Source of the DNA: Nitrosopumilaceae archaeon
GTDB taxonomy: Archaea > Thermoproteota > Nitrososphaeria > Nitrososphaerales > Nitrosopumilaceae
Assembly (NCBI GenBank): GCA_965209085.1
Contig: OZ242376.1
Span: 896,001-960,000, forward strand
Direction: 5' to 3'
Length of the DNA stretch: 64,000 nt
Part shown: positions 1 through 10,678 of the stretch, piece after piece
Layout: each line of letters starts with the position of its first letter
Position numbering within the stretch: the stretch's first letter is position 1
The notes under the pieces: generated by a model
What the model was told of the DNA's origin: nothing
The model's database searches: none
Seen by the model: the letters and a program-made list of their open reading frames with translations, nothing else
Program-made: the position numbers and the translations under genes

Positions 1-54
1 CTGTGCAATATTATACACAAATGAATCATAATTGTCTATTATGAGAAATTTCAT
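1..54 (-). CDS. trpG: anthranilate synthase component II, N-terminal fragment (runs off window)
   Basis: Manual translation MKFLIIDNYDSFVYNIAQ (IDNYDSF GATase motif); ATGA overlap with the trpE stop. Confidence 0.93.
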   Translation of the reverse strand, partial: MKFLIIDNYDSFVYNIAQ

Positions 55-1400
55 TGCGATGCCTCCCTTAGGGCCTCTAGCATTGCGCCAGCTTTGTGTA
101 CAGTCTCTTCAAATTCCATGATTGGATTTGAATCATATACGATGCCAGCTCCTGCCTGCACAAATCCTCTTGAGCCGTCAAAAAACACGCTTCTTATCGC
201 AATTGCAAAATCGCAGCATCCGTTAAAAGAAAAATAACCCACAGCGCCCGCATACGGGCCGCGGACCTCATCTTCGAGCTCGTCTATGATTTCCATCGCC
301 CTCACTTTTGGGGCGCCAGATACGGTACCTGCGGGAAACATTGCCCTGAACGCATCAAACATGTCTGTATCCTTTGCAAGAGTGCCTCTTACGTGCGATA
401 CCATGTGCTGAACGTGGCTGAATTGCTTTACCTTCATGAGATCATCCACACGTATTGAACCTGGCGTGCAGACGCGTCCGACATCGTTGCGGCCAAGGTC
501 AACTAGCATAGTATGCTCGGCCCGCTCTTTCTCACTATTTACCATCTCATATTTGAGGCGCTCATTCTCTTTTGTCGAATCTGCAACCTTGCATGTGCCA
601 GCTATTGGAAATGTCTCAACTGTACCGGCATCCACGCGTATGAGCATCTCAGGACTTGCACCAATGGTGGTCCTCTGTGCTGATTTTATGTGGTACAAAT
701 ACGGGGACGGGTTTAGCGCGCGAAGTTTTCTATATACCTGCAGGGGATCGCCTTTTGCATCAAATACCTGCCTGTTTGAGAGCACAACCTGAAACACATC
801 ACCGGCTAGAACATATTTTTTTGCGCGCTCAACCATGTCTGAAAATGCAGCAGCATCTAGTGCGGATTCGGGCTCTGTGGCAGAAAACTTTCCAATTTTG
901 CCGCCAGTTTTCAGCTCTGCATACCTGTTTGTCCTGCGGTAAAAATAAAACGATTCATCTTTTGCATGATCGTAGAGTATTCCATCAGTGTATATGCCAA
1001 ATTCCATTACAGGTTTGTCATTATATTTTGGATGCGCCACTTTTTCCCACATTCCTATGGCATCATAGTTTACTACTCCTACGGCACCTCCAACGTATCT
1101 GTGCTCTTTTTCGCAGGTTTTTCCAAGAATTTTACGCATATAGGAAAACGGATCGTCAGTATCATGCGATGTTTTTTTGCCGTCTCTGTGCGTTATAATC
1201 AGATGATCAGCATATATTGAAATTACAGCATCCGGATCAAAACCCATTACGGTGGTTTCTGCCATCTCGTTTGGACCTGCAAGCGATTCAAAGAGAAAGG
1301 AATGATTGTAATTTTCAGAAATACTCTCGTATGTTTCAAACGGCGAGATTGGATTGTCGATGCGCACGTATGTTGCATTTGCCTGCCCAAAAACATTCAC
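51..1400 (-). CDS. trpE: anthranilate synthase component I
   Basis: LFES, KERAEHTMLVDLGRND and FPAGTVSGAPKVRAM motifs; probable GTG start at 1400, since the ORF extension to 1478 runs into an IS end. Confidence 0.95.
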   Translation of the reverse strand: MNVFGQANATYVRIDNPISPFETYESISENYNHSFLFESLAGPNEMAETTVMGFDPDAVISIYADHLIITHRDGKKTSHDTDDPFSYMRKILGKTCEKEHRYVGGAVGVVNYDAIGMWEKVAHPKYNDKPVMEFGIYTDGILYDHAKDESFYFYRRTNRYAELKTGGKIGKFSATEPESALDAAAFSDMVERAKKYVLAGDVFQVVLSNRQVFDAKGDPLQVYRKLRALNPSPYLYHIKSAQRTTIGASPEMLIRVDAGTVETFPIAGTCKVADSTKENERLKYEMVNSEKERAEHTMLVDLGRNDVGRVCTPGSIRVDDLMKVKQFSHVQHMVSHVRGTLAKDTDMFDAFRAMFPAGTVSGAPKVRAMEIIDELEDEVRGPYAGAVGYFSFNGCCDFAIAIRSVFFDGSRGFVQAGAGIVYDSNPIMEFEETVHKAGAMLEALREASQ

Positions 1401-1448
1401 CCATGCCCATACGAGCAATGCCAAGTATTTATTATTATTGATTGCATA

Positions 1449-2612
1449 GGCTCTGTCCATGAATAAAATCAAAAACATACCATAAATCTTTTAGATCATG
1501 AACGTAAATGACCGAAAAAGCTTTGGATCAGTAGATCAGAGCCAATTTAATGAAATCAACAAAGCACAACCGACGAGGAAATCTTGCCAGATCACACCAA
1601 ATGTTAACCCCGATTATAATGAAAGCAAAAAATCAAGGGGTAAAGCCATGGAAACCGAATCCATTAGGACAAACTGGCTTTGACCCCCCCTGGGAATGAC
1701 TGTGTGTATTGCCCTAAAGACAATGTAACAACTGCCATACGATGAACTCGTAGATTATCTTGAAGATTCATCACGTTTACTACCAATACTGGGCTTGAAA
1801 AGAGTGCCATCAAGGTCGGCGTTGCAGGTAGCATCTAGAATTGATGAGCATTTCATCACATGGATGATAAATTCTGCAGGTAGACCTGGAATGAAAGGTA
1901 CATTGTACTGGGATTTTACAGGAATTGCAATAAACGGGCATAACACGTGAATTGATGCAAAAAATGGATCAAGGTCCAGACGGGATTATCGCAAATTGCA
2001 TATTATAACTGCTGAAAACGGCATAATCATATCATATGATATTACCCATGCACGATGCCATGATGCACCAATATTTGAGCAAATATGTGGCACACTGCCG
2101 CACGGTTCAGGCCACGTGATACTTGATGCAGCATACCTTTCACGCAACATATGCACGCTCATAGAAAAGACCGGACGAATTCCTGTAATAATGCCAAGAA
2201 AAGGTGTTCGTGTACGTGGATTTGACGCAATGGGCAAAAGATGGCATCGTGATAATCCTGATGAATTTCTATCCATATACCATATACTATAAACGCAGCA
2301 ACGTAGAGGCCACGTTTTCATTCATGAAGAGAAGGTTTTCATCCACTCTGAGTGCCCATAAATTTGCAACACAGAAAATTGAATTGGAATTCTTTGTCTT
2401 GTGCCATAATATTCACATTCTATCTGCCGCAGTCTAGATTCTGACACTTTGTGTCAGATACTATCCTAGCGTATGCAATACACTAAAACCCAATATTTGC
2501 AATACTGGCAAGATGAGCAGAGCTTGATAATGGCGAATTGGTGGATATGCTGCATGATTTTGAATGAATTTGATCGGATTTTTATAAAAAATGCTCATTC
2601 ATGGACAGATAT
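1449..2612 (+). mobile_element. IS5-family element, decayed (copy 1)
   Basis: Terminal inverted repeats tctgtccatgaat (1452-1464) / attcatggacaga (2597-2609); transposase fragments with DFTG, KLHI, HD, LDAAY and Y..RSNVEATF motifs broken by stops and frameshifts. Confidence 0.85.
1498..2437 (+). pseudogene. IS5-family DDE transposase pseudogene
   Basis: Fragments 1498-1683, ~1730-1995, 1996-2292 and ~2285-2437 join into one transposase. Confidence 0.8.
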
Positions 2613-2656
2613 CCAATTGACGAATAGTTTATAATCCATACTTTTAATGGTATGTC

Positions 2657-2947
2657 ATGTGTAATCATAATATGACATATTTGTTGAAACAACATGATGA
2701 TGTCTTTACTGGCACTATGTTAGAATTAGAAGGTGTATTTACATCGGGCAAAAGTACAGATGAAATATCAATGAATCTTAAGAGTCAATCTTTAGCATAT
2801 TTTAAGACTTTTACGGATGTTCACAATGAAATTATTGAGTTAGAAAAAAGTAATAAACCATTATCACAAACTTTACCTAAATCTACTAATGGCAAAATAC
2901 TCCGTTTTGTCAATATTACTGTGGAGTGTCCAACTGATGCCAAATGA
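2657..2947 (+). CDS. HicB-like antitoxin family protein
   Basis: FTGTMLELEGVFTSGKSTDEISMNL resembles the HicB N-terminal pattern (xxxLpGxxtxGxTxeEaxxnl); AT-rich. Confidence 0.55.
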   Translation: MCNHNMTYLLKQHDDVFTGTMLELEGVFTSGKSTDEISMNLKSQSLAYFKTFTDVHNEIIELEKSNKPLSQTLPKSTNGKILRFVNITVECPTDAK

Positions 2948-3218
2948 TACAAGACAACTAAAACCTTCTATTGTTTCAATGATACCACTGTTTTTTGAAC
3001 GATATACAGAGATAATATCTGAAGATGTAGATAATGCTTATTATAGATTAAAAAGCTCCACTAAAGGAAATGAAGGTAGACTTCAAATCATTTCAAATGA
3101 TAATATGAAAATTGATGACGCATATATGACAGTTTTAGCAGATAATATGAATATGTCTTTATCTTTATTATATAATTTTTATGATCGGTTATATTCTTTA
3201 AAATCCAATTTAGTATGA
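2937..3218 (+). CDS. small protein, possible divergent HicA-like toxin
   Basis: ATG at 2937 overlaps the upstream stop; 93 aa; C-terminal IDDAYMTVLADNMNMSLSLLY loosely resembles HicA helices; no GSH motif. Confidence 0.4.
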   Translation: MPNDTRQLKPSIVSMIPLFFERYTEIISEDVDNAYYRLKSSTKGNEGRLQIISNDNMKIDDAYMTVLADNMNMSLSLLYNFYDRLYSLKSNLV

Positions 3219-3293
3219 GGTCAGCACCTCGTGCTATTTTGTGCATACATCTTCATTTATTGCATAAATTCTAGGTATGACGTGACCTCATAC
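3213..3293. mobile_element. 81-bp MITE
   Basis: Perfect 11-bp TIR gtatgaggtca/tgacctcatac; 7-bp target duplication caattta (3206-3212, 3294-3300). Confidence 0.75.
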
Positions 3294-3325
3294 CAATTTA
3301 AGTTAATTCACTAAAATCTTGAATA

Positions 3326-3611
3326 GAATTTATGCACAATCAATCACATATACATACGATTCCGACTGGCATTGCCATGATCAAAACGCATAGTGAATAA
3401 AGTTTTCAAACAGACAACAAAATAAATCAAAATATCACATACATGACAGCAGAATATTATGCGTGATTGCACAAAGATGTGCTATTTGATTTGCGGGCAG
3501 ACTCTCTCTAATGGTTCTATGTATTTGCGATCCTTTAACATGACGTGTAAGTTGGTCAGTCCTATGATCACTTGAATTTCTGCATAAAACGCATCCATGG
3601 TATTATCATAT
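3326..3611 (-). mobile_element. right-end fragment of the ISL2-like element seen at 21683-24480
   Basis: Reverse complement aligns with ~24185-24480 (transposase 3' end plus terminal ATTGTGCATAAATTC|TA). Confidence 0.85.
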
Positions 3612-3665
3612 TGGTGCGGACTCCTGTACAATGAGAACGATTTTTACATTAAAAATGACAGGATC
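3612..3665. mobile_element. IS3-family end fragment
   Basis: tggtgcggactcctgtacaatgagaacg... matches the IS3 terminus at 61955. Confidence 0.8.
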
Positions 3666-3686
3666 ATCTGGATCATTTTATCCTTA

Positions 3687-3766
3687 GATTTTATTCACAA
3701 TTCACCAAAAAAACAATTTTGGCAAATCAAAAGATCTATGATCCGGGCTCACATTCACACGGCACG
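3687..3766 (+). mobile_element. left-end fragment of the ISL2-like element
   Basis: TA|gattttattcacaattcaccaaaaaaacaattttggcaaatc... matches 21683-21699 joined to 23145-23210. Confidence 0.75.
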
Positions 3767-3997
3767 CCTAATTTGTACAGTACTGTAAAGTACGGTACCT
3801 TTTTATGACCCGTTTCATACCCTATAATCATGAGTCAAATGCTACAGACACAGATTATCCCCGTACTAGAGGTACCTTTTGCCACCTCTGTTGCAAAAAC
3901 CATAAAATGCTTCAAATGCGGCTGCCATCCAAGAAACGGCATTGTATTAACTGCTGCAAAAATTGGCGGCAAAATTGGATTTTATTGTACAGATCAT

Positions 3998-5671
3998 CTA
4001 TAAAATCGGACTAGTTACAGCTCCGTTTGCAGCAGAACCTACAAGCGAGGCATATTTTGCAAGCGCACCAGATGAATAATTCGGACTCGGGCGACTCCAT
4101 TGTGATCTTCGTTTTTCAATCTCTTCTGCTGAAACATCCAAAATGATTGAACCGGATTCTATGTCTATTGTAATTTTATCCCCGTCTTTAACAAGTGCAA
4201 TCGGACCTCCAACATATGCTTCAGGTGCCACATGGCCAACCATAAAACCCCGTGTACCGCCAGAGAACCGCCCATCAGTTACCATTGCAACACTTTTTCC
4301 AAGACCCTGGCCCACTAGTGCTGCAGTAGTTGCAAGCATCTCGCGCATTCCAGGACCGCCCCTTGGACCCTCGTACCGTATAACTAGAACATCGCCCTCT
4401 TTTATCCCCCCGCCAGAGACTTTTTCAAACGCATCCTCTTCGCACTCAAAGACGCAGGCACTGCCGTTGAATTTTTTCATTTCAACTCCTGCGGTTTTTA
4501 TGACCGCCCCTTCAGGAGCCAGCGAGCCGCGCAATATGTGGGCTGTTCCAGTATTATGCAGCGGCTCTTCTGCAGACCTGACAATTGACTGCCCCTCTGG
4601 AATCGGCATCGCCGAATCAAGATTCTCTTCCATTGTTTTGCCGGTAACTGTCATGCATTTGCCGTGCAAAAGTCCTTTTTTATGCAAAATTTTCAGGACA
4701 ACCGGAATGCCACCTATCTTATCCAAAGAGTTCATGACATAATTTCCTCCAGGTTTCATATCTGCAATGTGAGGTGTTTTCTTTCGCACCCTCTCAAAAT
4801 CATCATATGAGAGTTTGATGCCAGCTTCATGAGCTAGTGCCAGTAAATGCAGTATGCCGTTGGTTGATCCTCCAACAGCATTTAAGACAGTAATTGCATT
4901 CTCAAAGGCCTCAAAGGAGAGTATCTCTCTTGGACGTATTTGCAATTCCAAAAGTTTTGCGCACGCAGCTCCTGTATCATATACGATTTTTTTACGCCTA
5001 TCATCCTCTGCAGGGGGGGATGCGCTGCCTGGAAGTCCAAGTCCGATGGCCTCAGATATTGACGCCATTGTATTTGCAGTAAACATGCCGCCGCACGAGC
5101 CAGCATTCGGACATGCGTTTTTTTCAATATCTGTGAGATCATCAAGGCTTAGTTTACCCGAATCGTACGCGCCAACTGCCTCGTATACGTCAACTATTGT
5201 AAGCTCTTTTCCATCAAGCATTCCGGGCATTATTGTCCCACCGTATACAAAAACTGACGGTATGTTTAATCTGGCCATTGCCATCATTGTACCTGGAAGT
5301 GATTTATCGCACCCGGCAATTCCAACTAGTGCATCATACTGGTGCGCCCGTATCATAAGCTCTATTGAATCAGCTATCACCTCGCGCGAAACAAGCGAGG
5401 ATTTCATGCCTTCATGACCCATTGCTATGCCGTCGCTGACTGCTATTGTTGAAAATACTCTTGGCGTTGCACCGCCGTCACTGACGCCTTTTTTTGCATG
5501 CTCTGCCAATTCTGGCAGATGTATGTTGCACGGGGTTGACTCGTTTCCGGTATGGCAGACACCTACAAATGATTTTTGAATGTCCTCATCTCCAAGCCCC
5601 ATCGCCCTGTACATTGCGCGGTGCGGAGCGCGTGCAGTTCCCTCTACAACGTTTCTACTAGAGATCTCCAT
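3998..5671 (-). CDS. ilvD: dihydroxy-acid dehydratase
   Basis: [20 protein letters not shown] and [10 protein letters not shown] motifs. Confidence 0.97.
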   Translation of the reverse strand: MEISSRNVVEGTARAPHRAMYRAMGLGDEDIQKSFVGVCHTGNESTPCNIHLPELAEHAKKGVSDGGATPRVFSTIAVSDGIAMGHEGMKSSLVSREVIADSIELMIRAHQYDALVGIAGCDKSLPGTMMAMARLNIPSVFVYGGTIMPGMLDGKELTIVDVYEAVGAYDSGKLSLDDLTDIEKNACPNAGSCGGMFTANTMASISEAIGLGLPGSASPPAEDDRRKKIVYDTGAACAKLLELQIRPREILSFEAFENAITVLNAVGGSTNGILHLLALAHEAGIKLSYDDFERVRKKTPHIADMKPGGNYVMNSLDKIGGIPVVLKILHKKGLLHGKCMTVTGKTMEENLDSAMPIPEGQSIVRSAEEPLHNTGTAHILRGSLAPEGAVIKTAGVEMKKFNGSACVFECEEDAFEKVSGGGIKEGDVLVIRYEGPRGGPGMREMLATTAALVGQGLGKSVAMVTDGRFSGGTRGFMVGHVAPEAYVGGPIALVKDGDKITIDIESGSIILDVSAEEIEKRRSQWSRPSPNYSSGALAKYASLVGSAANGAVTSPIL

Positions 5672-5708
5672 GTATGTTTGAAATCCTAGTGTATAATTTA
5701 GTGTTTTA

Positions 5709-6305
5709 CTAGCTTAGAATCGTCTGTTTTTCAAGCTCTGCTAGCTCACTCTCAATCCTGTCCAGATCGTTGTTCCCGTATGATATGAGTATGCGCGATT
5801 TATCCTCAATGACCAAATCGTTAATGCTATCTGTTTGGAAACCGTTCACATAATATTTGAGTGTAAACTCTTCATTTGTACAAAACTGCCGCTCATCTGG
5901 GAAGATGTAGCATTGATCATCCAACCGTATACCGACGGTGTTGAAGAGAAATTCTAGCGTGACTCCTGAGGCATGTCTGTGCACAGTGGTGCCATCCTGT
6001 GCCTCAAAGTGAATCCAACTGCTCTTTATCTGGTATGCGGGAAGCGAATAATCAAAATTGTCTCCATGTATCTTTGTCAGTATGGATGCATGTACGTGCT
6101 CATCTCCAAGAGATCCGGCATTTTCCGGTGAGCCCTGGCCTATGCCGCCGCTGGTGATGAAATTGTACACAGATATGCCAACTATCACAACAATCACGGA
6201 AAATACTGCTGCAATTATGAGGGAATTTTTGCGTTTTTGTTTTGTACGTTTTGCTGCAAAACTGTCCCGGCGTTCTTCACGTTCTTTGCGTACTTTCTTA
6301 CCCAT
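5709..6305 (-). CDS. conserved thaumarchaeal membrane-anchored protein
   Basis: Basic N-terminus, single TM helix, His motifs HVHA and IHFE...VHRH, one Cys pair. Confidence 0.75.
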   Translation of the reverse strand: MGKKVRKEREERRDSFAAKRTKQKRKNSLIIAAVFSVIVVIVGISVYNFITSGGIGQGSPENAGSLGDEHVHASILTKIHGDNFDYSLPAYQIKSSWIHFEAQDGTTVHRHASGVTLEFLFNTVGIRLDDQCYIFPDERQFCTNEEFTLKYYVNGFQTDSINDLVIEDKSRILISYGNNDLDRIESELAELEKQTILS

Positions 6306-6353
6306 ACGTGCATAACTCTTGGAGCCATATAATAAACAAATCGTATGTGCATT

Positions 6354-7997
6354 TTATGGCAGTATGCCGTTTTGTGTGATATACTTTAGCATATGGACAT
6401 ATTCAGCATCCGATACCAATCCGACATTCCACCATTTTGATACTCTTACCACCCATTCTGGAATTTCATCAAAACTTGTAACCGTACCAGTTAGTGCCGA
6501 TACTGCCGATGCAAACTCGGATCCATCATCCAATCCTGTACTCATACGTTTTATGGCATTTTTTGCCACTCCAAGATCATCAACTGATTCAGCAACACTG
6601 TATGATTTTACAATCTTGCTGAGTCTCTCCAGCGTATTGGAGATTGAATTCACACTAGAATCAAGATCTCTTAGCGCTGCAAACACTGCCTCGTAATCCC
6701 CTGCATCCAGTCTATCTTCTGCTTTTGCAATCTGCAGATATGCGGATTCTATTTTCAGCTCTGCAGAACTTGAAAAGGCGTGTATGAAATTACTGTCTTT
6801 TTTCAGAATGCTCGACTGGGGGATTTTTGCCATGGCTTTTTTGAGGTTTTCAGCCTGCTGTTTTAAAGAGTTTACGGCGGTTTTTTGCATGTCTATTATA
6901 CCTGCCACATCCGAGGATGAGGTAAGAGGATCTTTTTTTACACCCGTATTGACGACCTCAAAATACACGTCCATTTCATTGTCTACGACTCCGATATAAC
7001 TTGCCGATACTGTGTATAATCCAAGCGGTGATTCTGAATCGTATGCTGTGAGAACCTCAAAGTATCCGCTTCTTGTATGTGTTATTTTCAAAACATCTAT
7101 TGTCTGATCCGGTTTTAACACGGAAACTATGACTGGATGCCCATCAAGCAGTACTGCCTTGTTTATCTGCCCGGATATGGTAACTGTATTTGGGTGTGCA
7201 TCATTTAACACCACCTTTTCACTTGAGATGTCTACGGTTACAAACGGATGGAATATCGGTACCGGTCGGTCACTGTACGAATAAAATCCTCTCTCCCCAT
7301 ATATGCTGCGTATCTTTTGCACGTCCAAATTCTTTATCGCAATATCTGCCACATTGGCCGGCAAGGATGGTATCATTACGGATGGCGGCAACTCGTCCCC
7401 ATTCCTCCATTTTTCATTCTCCTCCATCTTATCTGAAACATAGTGGTGTGCTCCTAGCGAGTGGCCAACCTCATGCAACATTGTCCCATATAGTGATACC
7501 GTATCCCTGTAGCGGTCATCAAAATAACATAAAACCCCGTCATCACAGATAAACGGTTTCAGATAGTATATGTCGATTATAGCCGGAACTGTTGACGTGG
7601 CTGTAAACGTACCTGCAACTATGTCATGACTTGCCGGCTGCCCTGACATGTTTTGATGCGATTTGTAATATACGAGAATGTCGCATCCGGCTTGAATATT
7701 ACCGACGCTTTTATGACTCATCTGCCATATGTTATTTATGCCGTCTTCGGCAGCCTGCAGGTTGTTTGTCCAGCTTGATACGGCATCCTTTGAGACGTCT
7801 ACAAATTCTGCAATTTTTGAGGAGGATTCATCGATACCCTCAATTACAGTACAGTATGTGGGGGGCTCCTTTAACCTATAGTTTGTAGATGGGTAAAAAA
7901 TGTCAGCAGCTGCCATTTGGGCGTTATTTCCCCACGTTGCAAGTAAAATTATGATTAAAAACATCGCTTTTGTACCTGCAAATCTTGTATGCACCAT
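6354..7997 (-). CDS. secreted metzincin (matrixin/M10-like) metallopeptidase with thaumarchaeal C-terminal domain
   Basis: Signal peptide; HEVGHSLGAHH (HExxHxxGxxH) with Met-turn SVMIP; C-terminal IPEWV..WW..G.VSD.EY motif. Confidence 0.8.
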   Translation of the reverse strand: MVHTRFAGTKAMFLIIILLATWGNNAQMAAADIFYPSTNYRLKEPPTYCTVIEGIDESSSKIAEFVDVSKDAVSSWTNNLQAAEDGINNIWQMSHKSVGNIQAGCDILVYYKSHQNMSGQPASHDIVAGTFTATSTVPAIIDIYYLKPFICDDGVLCYFDDRYRDTVSLYGTMLHEVGHSLGAHHYVSDKMEENEKWRNGDELPPSVMIPSLPANVADIAIKNLDVQKIRSIYGERGFYSYSDRPVPIFHPFVTVDISSEKVVLNDAHPNTVTISGQINKAVLLDGHPVIVSVLKPDQTIDVLKITHTRSGYFEVLTAYDSESPLGLYTVSASYIGVVDNEMDVYFEVVNTGVKKDPLTSSSDVAGIIDMQKTAVNSLKQQAENLKKAMAKIPQSSILKKDSNFIHAFSSSAELKIESAYLQIAKAEDRLDAGDYEAVFAALRDLDSSVNSISNTLERLSKIVKSYSVAESVDDLGVAKNAIKRMSTGLDDGSEFASAVSALTGTVTSFDEIPEWVVRVSKWWNVGLVSDAEYVHMLKYITQNGILP

Positions 7998-8093
7998 GGT
8001 CTGTTTTTAGCATACAGCCGTTATAGGTTTTAAGCCCGGTTATTTACATGCGTACAACTCAACTAATAAATAAAATGTCAAAAGGGTAAAAGT

Positions 8094-8498
8094 GTGGGCT
8101 GTATCTTTTGTGACATTATATCACGCACTGAAAAAGCAAGCATTGCATTTGAGGATGATGAATCCCTGGCTTTTTTGGACCGATATCCGATAGATACTGG
8201 ACACTGTCTTCTTGTCCCAAAAAAACACTATGAAAAGATAACTGACATGGATAGCGCCGATGTCGGATCACTTTTCTCAAAAGTGCCAAAACTTGCCGGT
8301 GCGATACTTGAAGAAACAGGAGCTGTTGCATTCAGTCTTGGGCAAAACAACGGCAGGGCTGCAAAACAGATCATAGGGCACGTACACGTGCACATAATTC
8401 CAAGATATGAGAATCGCGGGTCGGTTTGGACAAAAAGAAGCATTTCAAAAATGGAAGATTTGGAAAAGCTGGCAGAAAAGATACGTGCACGGTTTTAA
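8094..8498 (+). CDS. HIT family hydrolase
   Basis: CIFC and HVHVHIIPR motifs. Confidence 0.95.
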   Translation: MGCIFCDIISRTEKASIAFEDDESLAFLDRYPIDTGHCLLVPKKHYEKITDMDSADVGSLFSKVPKLAGAILEETGAVAFSLGQNNGRAAKQIIGHVHVHIIPRYENRGSVWTKRSISKMEDLEKLAEKIRARF

Positions 8499-8514
8499 GA
8501 TAACGCCTGCAGTA

Positions 8515-9801
8515 CTAGGTTAATTTTGCGTGTCCTGGATTGTACCGGAGTATTGCACCAACCATGCCAAGGCTTCCAAGCATCACCCCGTGCTCGGTTT
8601 TACCTGATATGACCTCAATTGTTGTTCCAGTCTTTGATGATAAAAGTGCCAGATAATCCACAAAATCCCTCTCGCTTGCATCCAAATCCGTACTAGAGCA
8701 CTCTGGACACGGACTGTTTAGCATCTGGGTTCTGTTTTTGATAATCTCTGGACGTTTTAGCACTTTTTCCTGCACGTGCGAGCATTTGTTGCATTTTACA
8801 TCCAATTTATGCATGTCAGTATCGTCAGTTACAAGCAGCGTATCTACTACGTTGTTTTTGAGCAACTCTATCACCTCGTCCAACCCGTAGCTTCCAAGAC
8901 CCGTATGCGAATTTATTTTTTGAAAGAGTAATTCCACTATGCGTTTTTCTTCCACGAGTCTAAAGTTTGAGAGTATGTTTCCAGCCTTGTCAAAAGCCTC
9001 TCGGACACCTTCGGAACCAGCATATGATGCATCAATGGTATCTATTATCATATCCTGCAACCGGTATTCGAGGTATCCTCCGTTGACAAATTCTTCCTTT
9101 GTTGGACCGGGTCCGGATATGATAAGGCCTTTTATCTGATAAATGTCTATGAAATACTCGCGGGTGACATTTGCCACGCGGTTAAAGTAATACGTCAGCT
9201 CCATTTCGCGAAGCTTTTGAAATCTTTTGGCCGACTGGCCGCCCTGTCTGTGTTTTCCTGCAACGCCTGAACCTGTCTCTGATAAAACGTCTATTCTGTC
9301 CCCGTGTAGCAGACCCCATCCGGCATCCTTTGCATCAATGGCCAAAAACCCGATAAGGTTGTCATCCTTTAACATGTCTTTTAGAATGTCCACGTGGAAA
9401 TGATCATCGCACCGGTATAGGAACGTCTTTAGATCTTTTGGAGGATCTATCTCGTATGCCCGAACCACCTCGCTTCCAATCGGTCCGCCTCCTTCTGGCG
9501 GCAGCGCGCCGCAAAATACCACAAGGCCGCGCTCTGGAGTTTTTTTATACATTTTCAACCGTTGTATGACCTTTCCGAGAGAATCGACCACATGCGTACG
9601 GGTAAAATCGGATTTTATATTGTCCGCTGTTCCCTGCTCTTCTTTGAGAATGCTTATCACCTCGTGCATCTGTTTTCCCTTTGGTATGTATACCGTGATA
9701 AGCTCAGTACCGTGTCCAGTTTTATCTGAAAGCTCGTCAAGTGTCTTACGTATGCGGTACATTTTGACAGAATCCTGTTTTTCAATCTTTATTTTTAACA
9801 T
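8515..9801 (-). CDS. prf1: peptide chain release factor aRF1
   Basis: NIKS and GGQS motifs; Zn ribbon in the C domain. Confidence 0.97.
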   Translation of the reverse strand: MLKIKIEKQDSVKMYRIRKTLDELSDKTGHGTELITVYIPKGKQMHEVISILKEEQGTADNIKSDFTRTHVVDSLGKVIQRLKMYKKTPERGLVVFCGALPPEGGGPIGSEVVRAYEIDPPKDLKTFLYRCDDHFHVDILKDMLKDDNLIGFLAIDAKDAGWGLLHGDRIDVLSETGSGVAGKHRQGGQSAKRFQKLREMELTYYFNRVANVTREYFIDIYQIKGLIISGPGPTKEEFVNGGYLEYRLQDMIIDTIDASYAGSEGVREAFDKAGNILSNFRLVEEKRIVELLFQKINSHTGLGSYGLDEVIELLKNNVVDTLLVTDDTDMHKLDVKCNKCSHVQEKVLKRPEIIKNRTQMLNSPCPECSSTDLDASERDFVDYLALLSSKTGTTIEVISGKTEHGVMLGSLGMVGAILRYNPGHAKLT

Positions 9802-9835
9802 GTTTTACTCATACACCATTCGTGTAATACCCTTG

Positions 9836-10477
9836 CTATAGGCTATCAATTGCACGCTCAAACACGGCAACCGGCTGGGCACCTTTTACTATAATGACAT
9901 CTTGCCCGTTTGATATCAAAAACGTGGGCGTTGAAGTCACACCGATGCTCTTACCGTATCTTGTAGAATCGCGTACGCGGTCTGCATGGGGTTTTGAGTC
10001 AAGACATGAATTAAATTCAGCAGTATCAATATCCATCGAGACTGCTAGTGCAAGTAACGAGTCGTTTGTTATCCAACCCGTACGCTCCCCGCCCCAATTT
10101 TCATACAGTGCATCATGGTATTCCCAAAACATGCCCTGATCTTCTGCACAGTGGGATGCAATCGCTGCAAGTTCTGAATCAGGACCGTTTAGGATAAAAT
10201 CCCGAAACACAATGTTTACGGATCCTGTATCGACATATTTTTCCTTTATTGCACCAAGCGTATTTTGATGAAATCTGTGGCAAAATTCACACTGATAATC
10301 GCCCCATTCTATGATTGTAATGCTAGCATCAGTACTGCCAAAGATCGGGGATGCCTCTGCCAACAATTCAGCAGTGGTCATCATACCTGACTCTTGCGGC
10401 TCTTGTGTCATGTATGCAACTGCTAGCACGCCTGCGATTACAGGAATTGCAACTAGGGCAAAATACACATTCTTCAT
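9836..10477 (-). CDS. DsbA family oxidoreductase
   Basis: N-terminal TM; DYQCEFC and TPTF motifs. Confidence 0.92.
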   Translation of the reverse strand: MKNVYFALVAIPVIAGVLAVAYMTQEPQESGMMTTAELLAEASPIFGSTDASITIIEWGDYQCEFCHRFHQNTLGAIKEKYVDTGSVNIVFRDFILNGPDSELAAIASHCAEDQGMFWEYHDALYENWGGERTGWITNDSLLALAVSMDIDTAEFNSCLDSKPHADRVRDSTRYGKSIGVTSTPTFLISNGQDVIIVKGAQPVAVFERAIDSL

Positions 10478-10678
10478 GCAATACGTCTTGAATACTGTGG
10501 TAAAAATCTTGCTGAATCAGAGCATAAAATGATCTCTAGTGAGGAGGAGGATGGGGGATGTTTTTGACATTTGGGTATTGTAAACTCGGCACATGTTTGA
10601 ATCATCATATCTTATCTTTGAGAAACGCCATTACTCCGATCTAAAAACGGCGTATTTAAATAACTCAAATTTACATAT

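Noticed and set aside
10500-10678. Cobalamin riboswitch upstream of cbtBA
   Set aside because: No recognisable B12-box or GGGAA core, and a TATA-like tttaaata ~20 nt before the ATG implies a leaderless mRNA.
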